DNA of 64,000 bases, taken from the NCBI GenBank assembly GCA_963678065.2, contig CAXXVZ010000002.1, positions 192,001 through 256,000 of the forward strand, given 5' to 3'. Of this stretch, positions 9,676-19,359 are shown piece after piece (positions within the stretch are counted from its first letter, which is position 1; each line of letters starts with the position of its first letter). The notes beneath the pieces are model-generated. The model was not told the origin of the DNA. It did not search any database and was given only the letters and a program-made list of their open reading frames with translations. The position numbers and the translations under genes were made by a program. Source of the DNA: Treponemataceae bacterium (GTDB taxonomy: Bacteria; Spirochaetota; Spirochaetia; Treponematales; Rectinemataceae).

Positions 9676-9858
9676 TCCAGTTGCTGCAGGGTCTCCTTCT
9701 TGGGAGTCGTGCTGATACCACGATCAATGCGGAAACTCTGTTAATTAGGTACACGGCGGCTTCAATTCATCCCGGACAATCCTGTTCTCCAAAAACCCGT
9801 ATACCCAACGCTGTCTGGCGATCCCGCAATCGATCTCGACGATTGTTTCTACCGGAAC
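9676..9858 (-). pseudogene. Decayed duplicate of the GntR HTH-coding region
   Basis: Aligns by eye with 6876-7060, including a 25-bp identical block (9831-9855 = 7033-7057). Start ATG is lost and a net 2-nt deletion shifts the offset from 2800 to 2798. Remnants PVETIVEI, ELKP, LQQLE. Confidence 0.85.
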
Positions 9859-9877
9859 GCTAGGCTCACTCCTTGGA

Positions 9878-9949
9878 TAGCAATCGGACATCGCTAAGTT
9901 ATCGCCGATATATCGGTAATATCCTCACATCGTTCTTCAAATCTGTCAA
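9878..9949 (-). promoter_or_regulatory. Second copy of the GntR promoter/operator
   Basis: CCGATATATCGG (9905-9916), TAGCAAT-N5-ATCGCTA (9878-9896) and TTGACA (9944-9949) at the same spacing as 7080-7151. Confidence 0.65.
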
Positions 9950-10312
9950 TAAATATTTTCACTCTTTTTACGAATTTCGACTTTCTCGTCAAAGACTTTC
10001 TCTATCGAATTGGGAGAATCCCATCTTCTTCAAAAGGCCCATTCAGGGGTGTCGAAATCTGCCACCAAAATACTGTCGCGGCAGCGCATCCGTGATATGG
10101 CTCGCACTGGATACAGAAGATCACAATGAGCCAGAAAATGCCCGCAAGAGGATATACCCCCTTATCGCCCTGAGCGGCTCGTCGACGCAGGCGGGCACAG
10201 TCGCTGGCAAATAGTCCTCCCGGGCTTCGCTCTCCCGATCCCGGAGGCCGTTTCCGTCATCCTTGAGCCCGCGAGCTGTACTTTCCCCCTTCCCGCCAGT
10301 ATCCTCTGTTCC

Positions 10313-11050
10313 GTGGCAGACAATTCCGTAACAGATATCGGGCAGCCGACAGAGCTTCGCGGCGCGGCCCTCCTCGCGCACCTACGGGCGGCCTTCGCGC
10401 GGCCCCTCCCCGGTCCCCGCGCCCAGATGCTCATGGCTCCCGGATACCGCGTTCGGGAGATGGCCAGGTCGCCGCGGACATCGGACCCGGCCGATATGCC
10501 GGAATACACCGGAGCCTCCGGCTCCGGGCCCCCGTACCGACATGCGGCCGTCCTCATCCTTCTGCATCCGGTCGGGAGTTCGCTGTGCTTTCCGCTCATC
10601 CGGCGACCGGAAACCATGCGACACCACAGAGGGCAGATCGGACTGCCCGGCGGCGGTATCGAGCGGGGAGAATCTCACAGGGAGGCGGCCATTCGCGAAA
10701 CGCGCGAGGAACTCGGTGAGGAACTCGGCATAGTCCTCCACCAGTCATCTGTCATAGGAGACCTGAGTCCTCTCGCAGTGCCTCACTCGGGATACATCAT
10801 CCATCCCTCCGTCGCCTATATCCCCTCGATTCCGGAATACCATCCGCAGAAAACGGAAGTCGCCGGCCTGTTCGAGGCCCGCCTCGACATCCTCCTCGAC
10901 CCCGCAAACCATCGCGTCGAAACGCGCAGATTCAGCGACGGGCCCTGGCCGGTTCCCTATTATGCCTTCGATGAGGACAAAGTCTGGGGAGCCACGGCGA
11001 TGATACTGTCGGAATTTGTCTTCATGCTCGGCTCGCGACCCGAGGCATGA
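10313..11050 (+). CDS. CoA pyrophosphatase, Nudix family (NudL-like)
   Basis: AAVLI, H.GQI.LPGG, Nudix box GGGIERGESHREAAIRETREELG, VWGATA; start uncertain. Confidence 0.9.
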   Translation: MADNSVTDIGQPTELRGAALLAHLRAAFARPLPGPRAQMLMAPGYRVREMARSPRTSDPADMPEYTGASGSGPPYRHAAVLILLHPVGSSLCFPLIRRPETMRHHRGQIGLPGGGIERGESHREAAIRETREELGEELGIVLHQSSVIGDLSPLAVPHSGYIIHPSVAYIPSIPEYHPQKTEVAGLFEARLDILLDPANHRVETRRFSDGPWPVPYYAFDEDKVWGATAMILSEFVFMLGSRPEA

Positions 11051-11148
11051 GCGGCCGCTCCCGCAATGAATGGATGACTGTATTTCCGGGACCACAGCGG
11101 AGATGGGGCGGAAGGACGGGCGGACAGGACTGCTCCCCCCGCCCTTTC

Positions 11149-12276
11149 TCATCTGTCGGGAGAACTCCGGGCGACGCGGGTCTTGCGGCGGAGAGGCTTT
11201 TCCATACCGACCAGGTTTTCCGACTCGTCGTGTTTCCAGCCAAGATCGGGAATCTTGCCGGAAAGGACGGAGACGAGCCCGAGAAGATAGGCGATGCCCC
11301 AGGCGGGCAGGTAGAGGACGCTGAAGAGGATATACGCGGGAAGCGAAAGCCTCGTTCCGAATTTCCGGGCGCCCGCGGCGAAATACGAGGCAGTCATGCC
11401 GAAGAGAAGGAGCCCCGCCAAGGCCATGATCGCGCGCCCGACAGTGTTTACCACGGTGTGCGAGGGGCCCGGGATGAACTGCAACAGCGCGGCGAGGGAC
11501 GCGACGATGAAGGGCAGCGGAAAGATAAGCCCCGACTTGAAGATGCCCGACGCGAGCTCGGGCGCTTCGCGCTTGACGCGGGGCATGTAGACTCGGGCCC
11601 ACAGTGGAGCGTTTATGGCCCAGCGGCGGCGCTGCTTGAACCAGATGCCGAAACTTTCCGGCACTTCGTTGTGGACGGTCAGAGAGGGCTCGAAGCCAGT
11701 CCTTGCCCCGGCGAAGAACGCTCGCGCGGCAAAATCCATGTCCTCGTTCACGACTCCGCGGAAACCGCCGATCTCCCTGAAAAGCCTTCGGCGCACGACG
11801 AAGGCGGCGCCGTTCATGGCGGGGCAGCGCCCCTCCCTCGACACGAGATAATCGGTCGCGATGACGTTGGCGAGAAATTCGCACTCCACCATGGATGCGA
11901 GAATGCCGGTGCCCATTCCCAGTTTGGGAATCTCGGCGATGTCGCAGCGCCCGAGGGTGGTCTCGCAGCCAGCGAACATCCGCATCCCGGGTTCCAGGCA
12001 GATGTCGTTGTCGAGGAAAAGGATGCCATCGGAGTCGGTCGCGGAGACAGCCTGATTGAGGGCTGCGGCCTTGCCCATGTGGGGCCTTCCCGCGATGACG
12101 CGGACTCTGGGAAGGCCGCGGAGGGAATCGAGTGCTCCGTCGATGGCGGCATTCGTCTCGCCGTCGACGACGATGACGATCTCCGAGCCGGGATGGTTTT
12201 CGGCCGAGAGGATGCGAGCTGTCTCGGCCACGCGCCGGGGGCTCGAGTATACGGGAATGAATGCCGTTATCCGCAT
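11149..12276 (-). CDS. Membrane glycosyltransferase family 2 (D,D,D,QxxRW type)
   Basis: GKAAALN, FLDND, NEDMDF, KQRRRW, C-terminal TM helices. Confidence 0.9.
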   Translation of the reverse strand: MRITAFIPVYSSPRRVAETARILSAENHPGSEIVIVVDGETNAAIDGALDSLRGLPRVRVIAGRPHMGKAAALNQAVSATDSDGILFLDNDICLEPGMRMFAGCETTLGRCDIAEIPKLGMGTGILASMVECEFLANVIATDYLVSREGRCPAMNGAAFVVRRRLFREIGGFRGVVNEDMDFAARAFFAGARTGFEPSLTVHNEVPESFGIWFKQRRRWAINAPLWARVYMPRVKREAPELASGIFKSGLIFPLPFIVASLAALLQFIPGPSHTVVNTVGRAIMALAGLLLFGMTASYFAAGARKFGTRLSLPAYILFSVLYLPAWGIAYLLGLVSVLSGKIPDLGWKHDESENLVGMEKPLRRKTRVARSSPDR

Positions 12277-12336
12277 TGTTCTTTCCTTTCAGTACCGAAT
12301 TGTCAGAATACCGATTCCGCGATATTGTAGGCAAGT

Positions 12337-13500
12337 ATGCCCGAAACACCCCGGACGGACGAACAGGAACTGGCCCGAGCCGCCACTGCGGAACTGGCAG
12401 CAGGGTCAGGCGGCGAAGCCGCGCGCAAACCGAAAAAACTCGGCAAAAACATTCTGATCGCCGTCCTGGCCGGACTGTTCATCAACACGCTCTTCGGTCT
12501 CCTCCTCGACTACAAGGAACTGCTCGCCACACTCTCCCGCGTGCGTGTGTGGCAGATCGCCCTGCCATTTTTCACCATAGTTCTGGTGTATATCATAGAC
12601 TCTCTCAGATATCTCCTGGTATTCCGGCAATTCCATGTCAGGCTGTCATTTCTTGATGCATTCTACAACAACATCATCGGATATTTCATCAGCGGAATAA
12701 CGCCGAGCTCTGCCGGCGGACAGCCATTTCAGGTCTACCACTTCACCAAGCTCGGGCTGGACTCGACGGCATCGACGAACATCGTGTTCTCCCGCCTCAT
12801 GGTGGCGAACCTGGCACAGCTCGCCGTCGTCATCATCTTCATCCGGAACGGCATCAACCTTTTGGGAACCGCCGGCAATGGCGTCTACATCCTCGGCCTC
12901 GGCATGCTGACGACGATCGCGGTCAGCGTCATCCTCTTCTTCGTGTTCGTGAAGCCGAGCATCCTCGGCCAGCTCGCCCTCAAAATCGAGGGAACGAAGC
13001 TGGGGCACTTCATCAGCCACCGGACCCGCGATGAACACTGGGCGGAAAAGATGTCGACCTGGAGCTTCGGCCTGCGCGATAGTTTCCGCTACCTCTGGGC
13101 CGGCCGGACATGGACCATGATACTCGATCTGATCCTCTTCGGGTTCGACCAGGTCATCTGGGCCTTCGGACTGTACTATCCCCTCATCGCCCTCGCGGGA
13201 ACTCCGATCCATTTCGGCGGATTCCTCTTCGCCTTCATCCTCTGCGGCCTCGTGTCGGCCTACGTTCCCACCCCGGGAGCCTCGGGCAGCATCGAAACCG
13301 CCTACGCCCTCGTCCTCGGCGGCGTGACGGGCTCCCCTGGCGCCGCGCTGAGCGCCATCATCCTGTGGCGTCTGGGCTCCTACTACCTCCACCTCATCGT
13401 GGGCGGGCTCGTCTACTCCCTCGTTCCGGTCGCCCGCGGATGCTACGCGAAGGGCGCCGACGGCACGGTGCGGAAGATCAGCGTCCCTTCCAGTCCCTGA
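12337..13500 (+). CDS. Lysylphosphatidylglycerol-synthase TM-region / flippase-like membrane protein (UPF0104)
   Basis: ITPSSAGGQP, PTPGASGSIE and LWR..SYY motifs; multiple TM segments. Confidence 0.88.
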   Translation: MPETPRTDEQELARAATAELAAGSGGEAARKPKKLGKNILIAVLAGLFINTLFGLLLDYKELLATLSRVRVWQIALPFFTIVLVYIIDSLRYLLVFRQFHVRLSFLDAFYNNIIGYFISGITPSSAGGQPFQVYHFTKLGLDSTASTNIVFSRLMVANLAQLAVVIIFIRNGINLLGTAGNGVYILGLGMLTTIAVSVILFFVFVKPSILGQLALKIEGTKLGHFISHRTRDEHWAEKMSTWSFGLRDSFRYLWAGRTWTMILDLILFGFDQVIWAFGLYYPLIALAGTPIHFGGFLFAFILCGLVSAYVPTPGASGSIETAYALVLGGVTGSPGAALSAIILWRLGSYYLHLIVGGLVYSLVPVARGCYAKGADGTVRKISVPSSP

Positions 13501-14701
13501 GGATGGCGCGGTAGCGCTCCCCCACCTCCCCGATCACGCTCTCCCACGACCTGTACAGGGTGGAGTAGGCTCCGAGGCCTGCCATCCTCCGCGAGTCAGG
13601 GTCGGCGAGGGCGGCGGCCAGGCGCCTGGCCATGCCCTGTGCGCTGTTTTCGGCGAGGAAACCGTTCTTCCCGTCCACGACGCCCTGCGCGGTGGTCGAC
13701 CCTGAGACGAGAAGGGTCGGAAGGCGCATGCCCGCCGCCTCCTTCACGATGAGACTCGACGTGTCGTACAGGGAGGGGAAGTAGAGTATATCGGCCCGCG
13801 CGTAAGCCCGTTTGATGAGCTCGCGGTCGCGCACGACGCCCTTGAACAGAACCTTGTCGCCGAGGCCCAGTTCCGCGACCCTGGCTTCGAGCGCCTCCCT
13901 GTGGTAGCCGCCGCCGATGAAGACCATCCGGAAGTCCGTGCCTCCGGCGGAGAGGAGCCCCAGAGAATCGACGAGGAGATCCAGGTTCTTTTCCTTTATG
14001 TGCTGCCCGATGTACAGGAGGACGGGCAGGCCGGATGGCAGGCCGAGGAACTTCTCGCCCTCGGCGCGGAGCATCGGCAGCTCCTCCTCGTCGACGATGA
14101 GGTCCGTCCCGTTGGGCATAACCTCGATCGGGCCCTTGTATCCGTAAGAGCGGAGAGTCTCGATCGTCTCGGAGCTCGGCACCCAGACGAAATCGACGGA
14201 GTTGTAGAAGAGCACCAGCCTGAACACGGCTATGTCGACGAGGAGCTTTCCCTTCAGGGATTGCTGGAAATCCTCCCGGTACTTGGTGTGGAAGGTTGCG
14301 ACGAGAGGAATCTTCTTGACGGTCGCAACGCGTTTGGCGAGCTCTCCCGAAGTGAAGGGGCAGTGGGCGTGCACGAGCGAAAACGGTATGTCGAATACGT
14401 TCGTGGAGAGCCGCTCCCTCAGATTATCTCCGCGCCGGCGCTTTTCGTGGACCTCCCCGACGAAATTCATGCCGAAGCGGTATGGAGGCCGCGCGTGGAG
14501 GGGCAGGGAGAAATAGCGGTAGACGGGAAATTCTTCCGAGTCGTAGTAGTCGGGCATGTCGGGAGTGACTACGCAGGAGGGTCCGACGAGGCGGTTCAGC
14601 CAGTGGGCATAATTCTTCGTCACCATGGCGACCCCGTCGGTGATGGGAGCGTAGGAGTCGTTGAATATGCCGGTTACCAGCTCCTCCTTTTCCCCGATCA
14701 C
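13478..14701 (-). CDS. Glycosyltransferase family 4 (diacylglycerol glycosyltransferase-like)
   Basis: NDSY.P..DGV, HAHCPF, ATFHTKY, PNG.D, EKN, FPSLYDT...VKEAA; GTG start overlaps the glf stop. Confidence 0.9.
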   Translation of the reverse strand: MIGEKEELVTGIFNDSYAPITDGVAMVTKNYAHWLNRLVGPSCVVTPDMPDYYDSEEFPVYRYFSLPLHARPPYRFGMNFVGEVHEKRRRGDNLRERLSTNVFDIPFSLVHAHCPFTSGELAKRVATVKKIPLVATFHTKYREDFQQSLKGKLLVDIAVFRLVLFYNSVDFVWVPSSETIETLRSYGYKGPIEVMPNGTDLIVDEEELPMLRAEGEKFLGLPSGLPVLLYIGQHIKEKNLDLLVDSLGLLSAGGTDFRMVFIGGGYHREALEARVAELGLGDKVLFKGVVRDRELIKRAYARADILYFPSLYDTSSLIVKEAAGMRLPTLLVSGSTTAQGVVDGKNGFLAENSAQGMARRLAAALADPDSRRMAGLGAYSTLYRSWESVIGEVGERYRAILRDWKGR

Positions 14702-15798
14702 AGGTCGGCCACCTTTTTCATGACCGCGGCCACGACCTGGTCCATGTTGTAGTACTGGTATTCGGCCAGTCGCCCGATGAAGAGATGAGTCCCGGCGGAT
14801 TCAAGGGCAGCCGCATCCTTCATGTAGGACTCGCGCCGGGCGAGATTGTCCTCGGTCATGACGATGTAGAAAGGTTCGCCCTCCTGTTTCGGGTACTCGA
14901 AGCAGACTGTCGTCTTGGACGACTTCTCGTCGAGGAAGGTCTTGTACTCGGAAATCCTCGTCCAGTCGTAGTCGTTGGGGTAGTTGACGACAGGGGCCTC
15001 CTGGTAGCGCTCCATGTCGAAGGTCTTGTTGACGAGTTCGAGAGAGCGGTACTCGAGTTTCCCGTAGCGGAAATCGAAGAAGCGGTCGAGCTCTCCGGTA
15101 AAGACCGTCAGATCCGCTCCGATCTCCGGTCCGACCTCGAACCAGTCCGCTCCGAGGAGTACGGAGATGCGGGGGTGGTCCAGCATGGAGTTGACCATGG
15201 CCGTGTAGCCGCGTGCGGGAATGCCCTGGTAGCGGTCGGAGAAATAGCGCCCGTCGCGGTTGGAGCGGACGGGGATGCGTTTGGCTACCTCGGCGGAGAG
15301 AAGCTCAGGATCGCGCTCCCACTGCTTGCGGGTGTAGTTCTCGAAAAAGAGCTTGTAGAGCCTCTCCCCCACCTGGGAGACGACGGCGTCGCGGAAGTTG
15401 CGGGGAGGGTTGTTGAAGGTCGAGTGCTCCACCTGGGCGAGGAGGAAGTCCTCCACCTCGTCGACGCCGATCGTGATGCCGAAGACCTCCCTGACGGTGT
15501 CGACATTGATCGGGAAGGGAATGAGACGGCCGTCGGCGTAGGAGAGCACCCTGTGCTGGAAAAAGTGGAATTCAGTGAAACGGTTCAGGAATTTCCAGAC
15601 TTCGGCCTTGTTCGTGTGAAAGATGTGGGGTCCATACGTGTGGACGGTGATTCCGTGTTCGTTGCGCTCGTCGTGGCAGTGGCCGGCGAGGTGCCGGTGC
15701 TGCTCTACGACGAGGACTCGCTTACCCTTCTCGGCGAGAATCCTCGCGGCGGTGGCTCCGGCCAGGCCGGCCCCAACAACTGCTACGTCATATTTCAT
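14698..15798 (-). CDS. glf: UDP-galactopyranose mutase
   Basis: GAGLAG, H.YGPHIFHT, YT.KQW, YFSD.YQGIP..GYT, GRLAEY.YYNMDQ. Confidence 0.97.
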   Translation of the reverse strand: MKYDVAVVGAGLAGATAARILAEKGKRVLVVEQHRHLAGHCHDERNEHGITVHTYGPHIFHTNKAEVWKFLNRFTEFHFFQHRVLSYADGRLIPFPINVDTVREVFGITIGVDEVEDFLLAQVEHSTFNNPPRNFRDAVVSQVGERLYKLFFENYTRKQWERDPELLSAEVAKRIPVRSNRDGRYFSDRYQGIPARGYTAMVNSMLDHPRISVLLGADWFEVGPEIGADLTVFTGELDRFFDFRYGKLEYRSLELVNKTFDMERYQEAPVVNYPNDYDWTRISEYKTFLDEKSSKTTVCFEYPKQEGEPFYIVMTEDNLARRESYMKDAAALESAGTHLFIGRLAEYQYYNMDQVVAAVMKKVADL

Positions 15799-15999
15799 CG
15801 GTGCGGGTACTCCTCTAAAGCTTTCCCAGGGTAGAAGCGGACTGGCATCATGTCATCGGGACCCTGCAGCTTTCCCGGATACGATCTTTTGCTGCTTCCA
15901 TCCATTATACCGGCAAAACCGGAGCTCGGAAACCGGTCTCTCGCGGCACCATGAATATACCTCGGGACAGGCCCGGAAACACCGGAATACGCCGCAGGT

Positions 16000-16881
16000 T
16001 CACGCTCCTCCGATCATGAAGCAGCGCATGCCCATGGAAGCGTTCTGGATCGACTCGTGAAAATACTGCACAGGCTCCCCATCCTCCCGGAGGGCAAGCG
16101 CATAGAGCATCGGCAGATAGTGCTCGTTCGTCCGGAAGGCCCGCCGCGAAGCGGCGTTCGGTCCGCCGAATCCGATCAGGGTTTCGGTGTCTGTGGCGTC
16201 GATCTTCTCTTTCACAAGAGCATCGAAGGCGATGGCCCAGGGCAGGGCTTCGGCATTGTCGTCGAAGTCGACCTCGTCGAAGCTGTGGACGATGTTGCCC
16301 GAGCCCACGACAAGGACGCCCTCCTCCCTGAGAGGAGCGAGTCGCTGCGCGAATTCGAAACCCGCTCCGGGAGAAAGTCCTGCGTCGAGGCTCAGCTGGA
16401 GGACCGGGATGTCTTGCGCCGGATACATGTGGTGGAGGACTGACCATGCCCCGTGGTCGATCCCGCGTCCCGGATCAGGAAGAACCGTGGAGCCAGAGCC
16501 GGAGAGTGTTGCCGCGATATGTTCCGCGAGCCGTGGGTCTCCGGGCGCGCTGTAGGAGACCTTGTACAGCTCGGGAGGGAAGCCGGAAAAATCGTAGATC
16601 TGCTTCGGCCGCGGAGAGGAGGTTACGAAGCTGCCGCGCGATTGCCAGTGGGCGGACACGACGAGTATGGACTCGGGCTTCGGCAGCCGCGCCGCCACGG
16701 CCACGAGATCCCGCGTGAAATCGTTGTCCGCGACAATGTTCATGGGAGAACCGTGGGCCGAGAACAGGACAGGCATGCGAGAGCGGCGCGGGCTCGTTCC
16801 GGCATCGATACCGGCATGCGCGCCGACCTTGGCATCGGCGCTGGCGTTGGCGTTGGCGTTCATGTGATGCTCCTCGTTCAT
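16000..16881 (-). CDS. ygiD: 4,5-DOPA dioxygenase extradiol-like (LigB/class III ring-cleavage family)
   Basis: HGSPMN, VSAHW, IYDF.GFP..LY, DHGAW, GSGNIVH, EHYLP; true start may be up to about 34 codons downstream. Confidence 0.9.
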   Translation of the reverse strand: MNEEHHMNANANASADAKVGAHAGIDAGTSPRRSRMPVLFSAHGSPMNIVADNDFTRDLVAVAARLPKPESILVVSAHWQSRGSFVTSSPRPKQIYDFSGFPPELYKVSYSAPGDPRLAEHIAATLSGSGSTVLPDPGRGIDHGAWSVLHHMYPAQDIPVLQLSLDAGLSPGAGFEFAQRLAPLREEGVLVVGSGNIVHSFDEVDFDDNAEALPWAIAFDALVKEKIDATDTETLIGFGGPNAASRRAFRTNEHYLPMLYALALREDGEPVQYFHESIQNASMGMRCFMIGGA

Positions 16882-16888
16882 GGCGACT

Positions 16889-17374
16889 TCAGGAAATCTT
16901 TCCTCCGATTTCCTTTACAAAAACGATCTGCTGCTTGGTGCGCCTGAATCCGAGTCTTTCATAGAAGCGGTGCGCGTCGAGTCGGATGGCGTTGGCGCGA
17001 AGACGGATAGCCGGACAGCCTGCGGCGGCCGCCCAGCGCTCGGCTTCGGCCATCATGAGGGTCCCGATGCCCCCTTTGCGGCAGGACTCGTCCACGACGA
17101 AGCCCGAAATCTCGGCTACTGTCGGAGTGTAGAAGTGGTGGACCACGGCGACGCTCGTCCAGCCGATCACTCGTCCCCTGCCGTCGGACTGCAACGAGTC
17201 GGGCAGCGACGAGTCGCGCGCGACAATGACGGCTTCGTCGTCCCTACCGGCCATTCCGGCGATCGCCTCGGCCACGGCGCCGGGGTCCACAGGGTAGCCG
17301 AGCTGCCCGGCGAGCCTCGCGAGATCGGATGCGTCCTCAGGCGCGGCCCTGTCGATCCGAATTCCCACCTTCAT
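16889..17374 (-). CDS. GNAT-family N-acetyltransferase
   Basis: VVDE..RKGGIG, AHRFYERLGF; ATGA overlap with upstream gene. Confidence 0.88.
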   Translation of the reverse strand: MKVGIRIDRAAPEDASDLARLAGQLGYPVDPGAVAEAIAGMAGRDDEAVIVARDSSLPDSLQSDGRGRVIGWTSVAVVHHFYTPTVAEISGFVVDESCRKGGIGTLMMAEAERWAAAAGCPAIRLRANAIRLDAHRFYERLGFRRTKQQIVFVKEIGGKIS

Positions 17375-17700
17375 TTCCTTCCTCCTTGTCCCGAATCGGG
17401 TGCGGTCAGAACCTCGAGTTCCGCCAGGTACCGAAAAGCCTCTTCCTTGCCGGCCCCGCACATCTCCGCCGAAGCCTTGAGACCCGCGCAGAAAGCCGGG
17501 TAGTCTGGCTCCCCATGGATCACGCAGCGGTCAGCTGAGTCGAGGTTGACGCAGCGTACGCCCGCCGGCTTTCCGCCCGGCATGCCCGGTCGGCCGCGCG
17601 CTCCGGGTATGGGCGAGGCGATGGAGACGGCGATGCAGCAGGCCGCGCAGCCAGGCCGGCATTCCACGCTACCCGCGGCTCTCTCAGCTCTGTCGCGCAT
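17371..17700 (-). CDS. YkgJ/YeiW-like cysteine-cluster (Zn/Fe-chelating) protein
   Basis: CRPGCAACC..SI.SPIPG..MP.GKPAGVRC..L....C.I......P..C. Confidence 0.85.
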   Translation of the reverse strand: MRDRAERAAGSVECRPGCAACCIAVSIASPIPGARGRPGMPGGKPAGVRCVNLDSADRCVIHGEPDYPAFCAGLKASAEMCGAGKEEAFRYLAELEVLTAPDSGQGGRK

Positions 17701-18357
17701 CTTTTTCCCCCTTCGCAGCCCTCGCGGCGGGCCCCCTATCCAGGTCGTCCGCGAGAGTGGCCAGGAATCCGGCCAGCCCGGCATTTTCCGGAAAGTGGGA
17801 AGTGAAGCTTTCGGCCCCCAGCTTCAGCTCGACGACGAGTGCGGCGATCCCCGAACGGTGATAGTCCAAAAGTCTGGCGATCCAGGACTTCAGGGATACA
17901 AAATCGTCGGGATGCTCCGCTCTGAGCCAGAAAAGCTCCCTCTCGAATTCACGGAATACCGACTCTCCCCTCTCCGGATCGCCGACCCTCATGTTCTCCA
18001 GAAAAGCGAATCTCGCGTAATCATAGCGCTCTTTTTCCTTGGCGTGGCGGGGTATTTCGGAAAACCCCTCGCGAAGAGGCTTTCGAGGCTCAGATAGAGC
18101 GCGCACCTGTTCAGAACGAGGCGCTCGCGCCGCCCGGCCCCGAAGCGGTAGCGGTCGAAATCCCCGAGGACATGCTCGTATTCCTCGCGGACCCGGATGA
18201 AATCCGCCGCCGCGGCTCTCTGTCCAGTGGCCGTCGGAGAGGGAGTCTGCGCGAGGTCGGGATGCGTTTCCTTGGCGAGCCGCTTGAAGAGGCTCTTGAG
18301 TTCAGCGACTGTCCCGATCTCCCCGGAACGGATCAGGCGGACAAAACGGTTGGGCAC
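17684..18357 (-). pseudogene. J-domain protein split by a -1 frameshift (pseudogene, sequencing error or programmed frameshift)
   Basis: GTG 18357 gives ELKSLFKRLAKETHPD...FIRVREEYE (J-domain HPD). That frame stops at 17989, while the -1 frame continues PRHAKEKERYDYARF to 17684 and couples to the next gene. Confidence 0.7.
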
Positions 18358-18367
18358 ACCGGCTTCT

Positions 18368-18772
18368 TTATTGAACGATCTCGAATCCAGCCGCCGAGAG
18401 GCACTCGGCCGCGGCTTTGTACGCGCCATCCTTGACGAGCACGTAGTCCGTATCGTAGGTCGAAACTGCAAAAATGCTGATTCCGGCGACAGCGAGCGGA
18501 GCGGCGATGGAACTCAGTATGCCAGTGAGCCCGAAATCGAGGGGGCCCACGACCTTGAACAGTCTCCAGCCGCCCTCGCGGGCTTGAAATTCCTCAGCGA
18601 GTCCCTCCTCGCAGACAAGGGAGAGCTCCTCTCCGGACCCCGTCAGGCTGAAGAAGCGCCCTTCTGCGGCGCGCGAAAGGAGAGCTCCGAGACGGCCTGA
18701 GCGCGGGCCCCCGACGCTTGTGGGATCGAATCTGAGGACGGCATAGAGGCCGCCCTGTTTCTGTATTTTCAT
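18368..18772 (-). CDS. ACT-domain protein (ACT_7/CASTOR-like)
   Basis: EELSLVC, GPLDFGLTGIL, AGISIFAVSTYDTDYVLV. Confidence 0.92.
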   Translation of the reverse strand: MKIQKQGGLYAVLRFDPTSVGGPRSGRLGALLSRAAEGRFFSLTGSGEELSLVCEEGLAEEFQAREGGWRLFKVVGPLDFGLTGILSSIAAPLAVAGISIFAVSTYDTDYVLVKDGAYKAAAECLSAAGFEIVQ

Positions 18773-18797
18773 CGCCGCTCACGCCTCCCGATTGTGT

Positions 18798-19289
18798 TCA
18801 GCCAATGAACAGCAGCATGCACAGGCCAGCCCGGGCCGCCTGCGCGAAAAACCGCTTGAGCTGTTCGAAATTGAAGTCGAGGTAGTTGAGGTCTTCCTCT
18901 TCGGACAATCCCGGATAGACCTCGGCGTTGCCCAGGACGAGATCCTTGAACTCGTCGGTCCTGGCCGAGAGGTCGACATCCGCGATCGCGGCATTCACCG
19001 CCTCCACGCGGCCCCGGTCGAGATACCGCACGGGAAGGTAGGCCATCTCGATATCGTTGAGCGCCGTCCCGCCGAGCACCAGGTCGGACAGGGGCGCCTC
19101 GCCCCCCTCCAGGCTCCCGCAGAGGAGGACATGGATGCCGTGCCAGGCCTTGTCGATTTCGATGCACCGATCTTCATCCGCGATCAGAAGGGAAAGTTCG
19201 TCGTCGATTCCTTCCTCACCCCTCTTCTTCGCCAGCGCGACGAGATCCGCGAGCTCCGTTTCGTCGAGTGTCAGGTAGTATCCGATCAT
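18798..19289 (-). CDS. YfbM/DUF1877 family protein
   Basis: IDKAWHGIH.LL, EVYPG, F..LK.FF..AA; GGAGGAG RBS before ATG 19289. Confidence 0.85.
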   Translation of the reverse strand: MIGYYLTLDETELADLVALAKKRGEEGIDDELSLLIADEDRCIEIDKAWHGIHVLLCGSLEGGEAPLSDLVLGGTALNDIEMAYLPVRYLDRGRVEAVNAAIADVDLSARTDEFKDLVLGNAEVYPGLSEEEDLNYLDFNFEQLKRFFAQAARAGLCMLLFIG

Positions 19290-19359
19290 CGCTCCTCCAC
19301 AGGCGAGCATAATATCCCACTGTGGCGGATTTGGCATCACCTTTTTCCGGCTCGCGCCG

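Noticed and set aside
10030..10070. GTCGAAATCTGCCACCA as a tRNA 3' end or att site
   Set aside because: No proper TTCRA T-loop or cloverleaf, and no integrase nearby.
16843..16863. GGCGTT tandem repeats at the ygiD 5' end
   Set aside because: In-frame low-complexity N-terminal extension (NANANA) that cannot cause phase variation.
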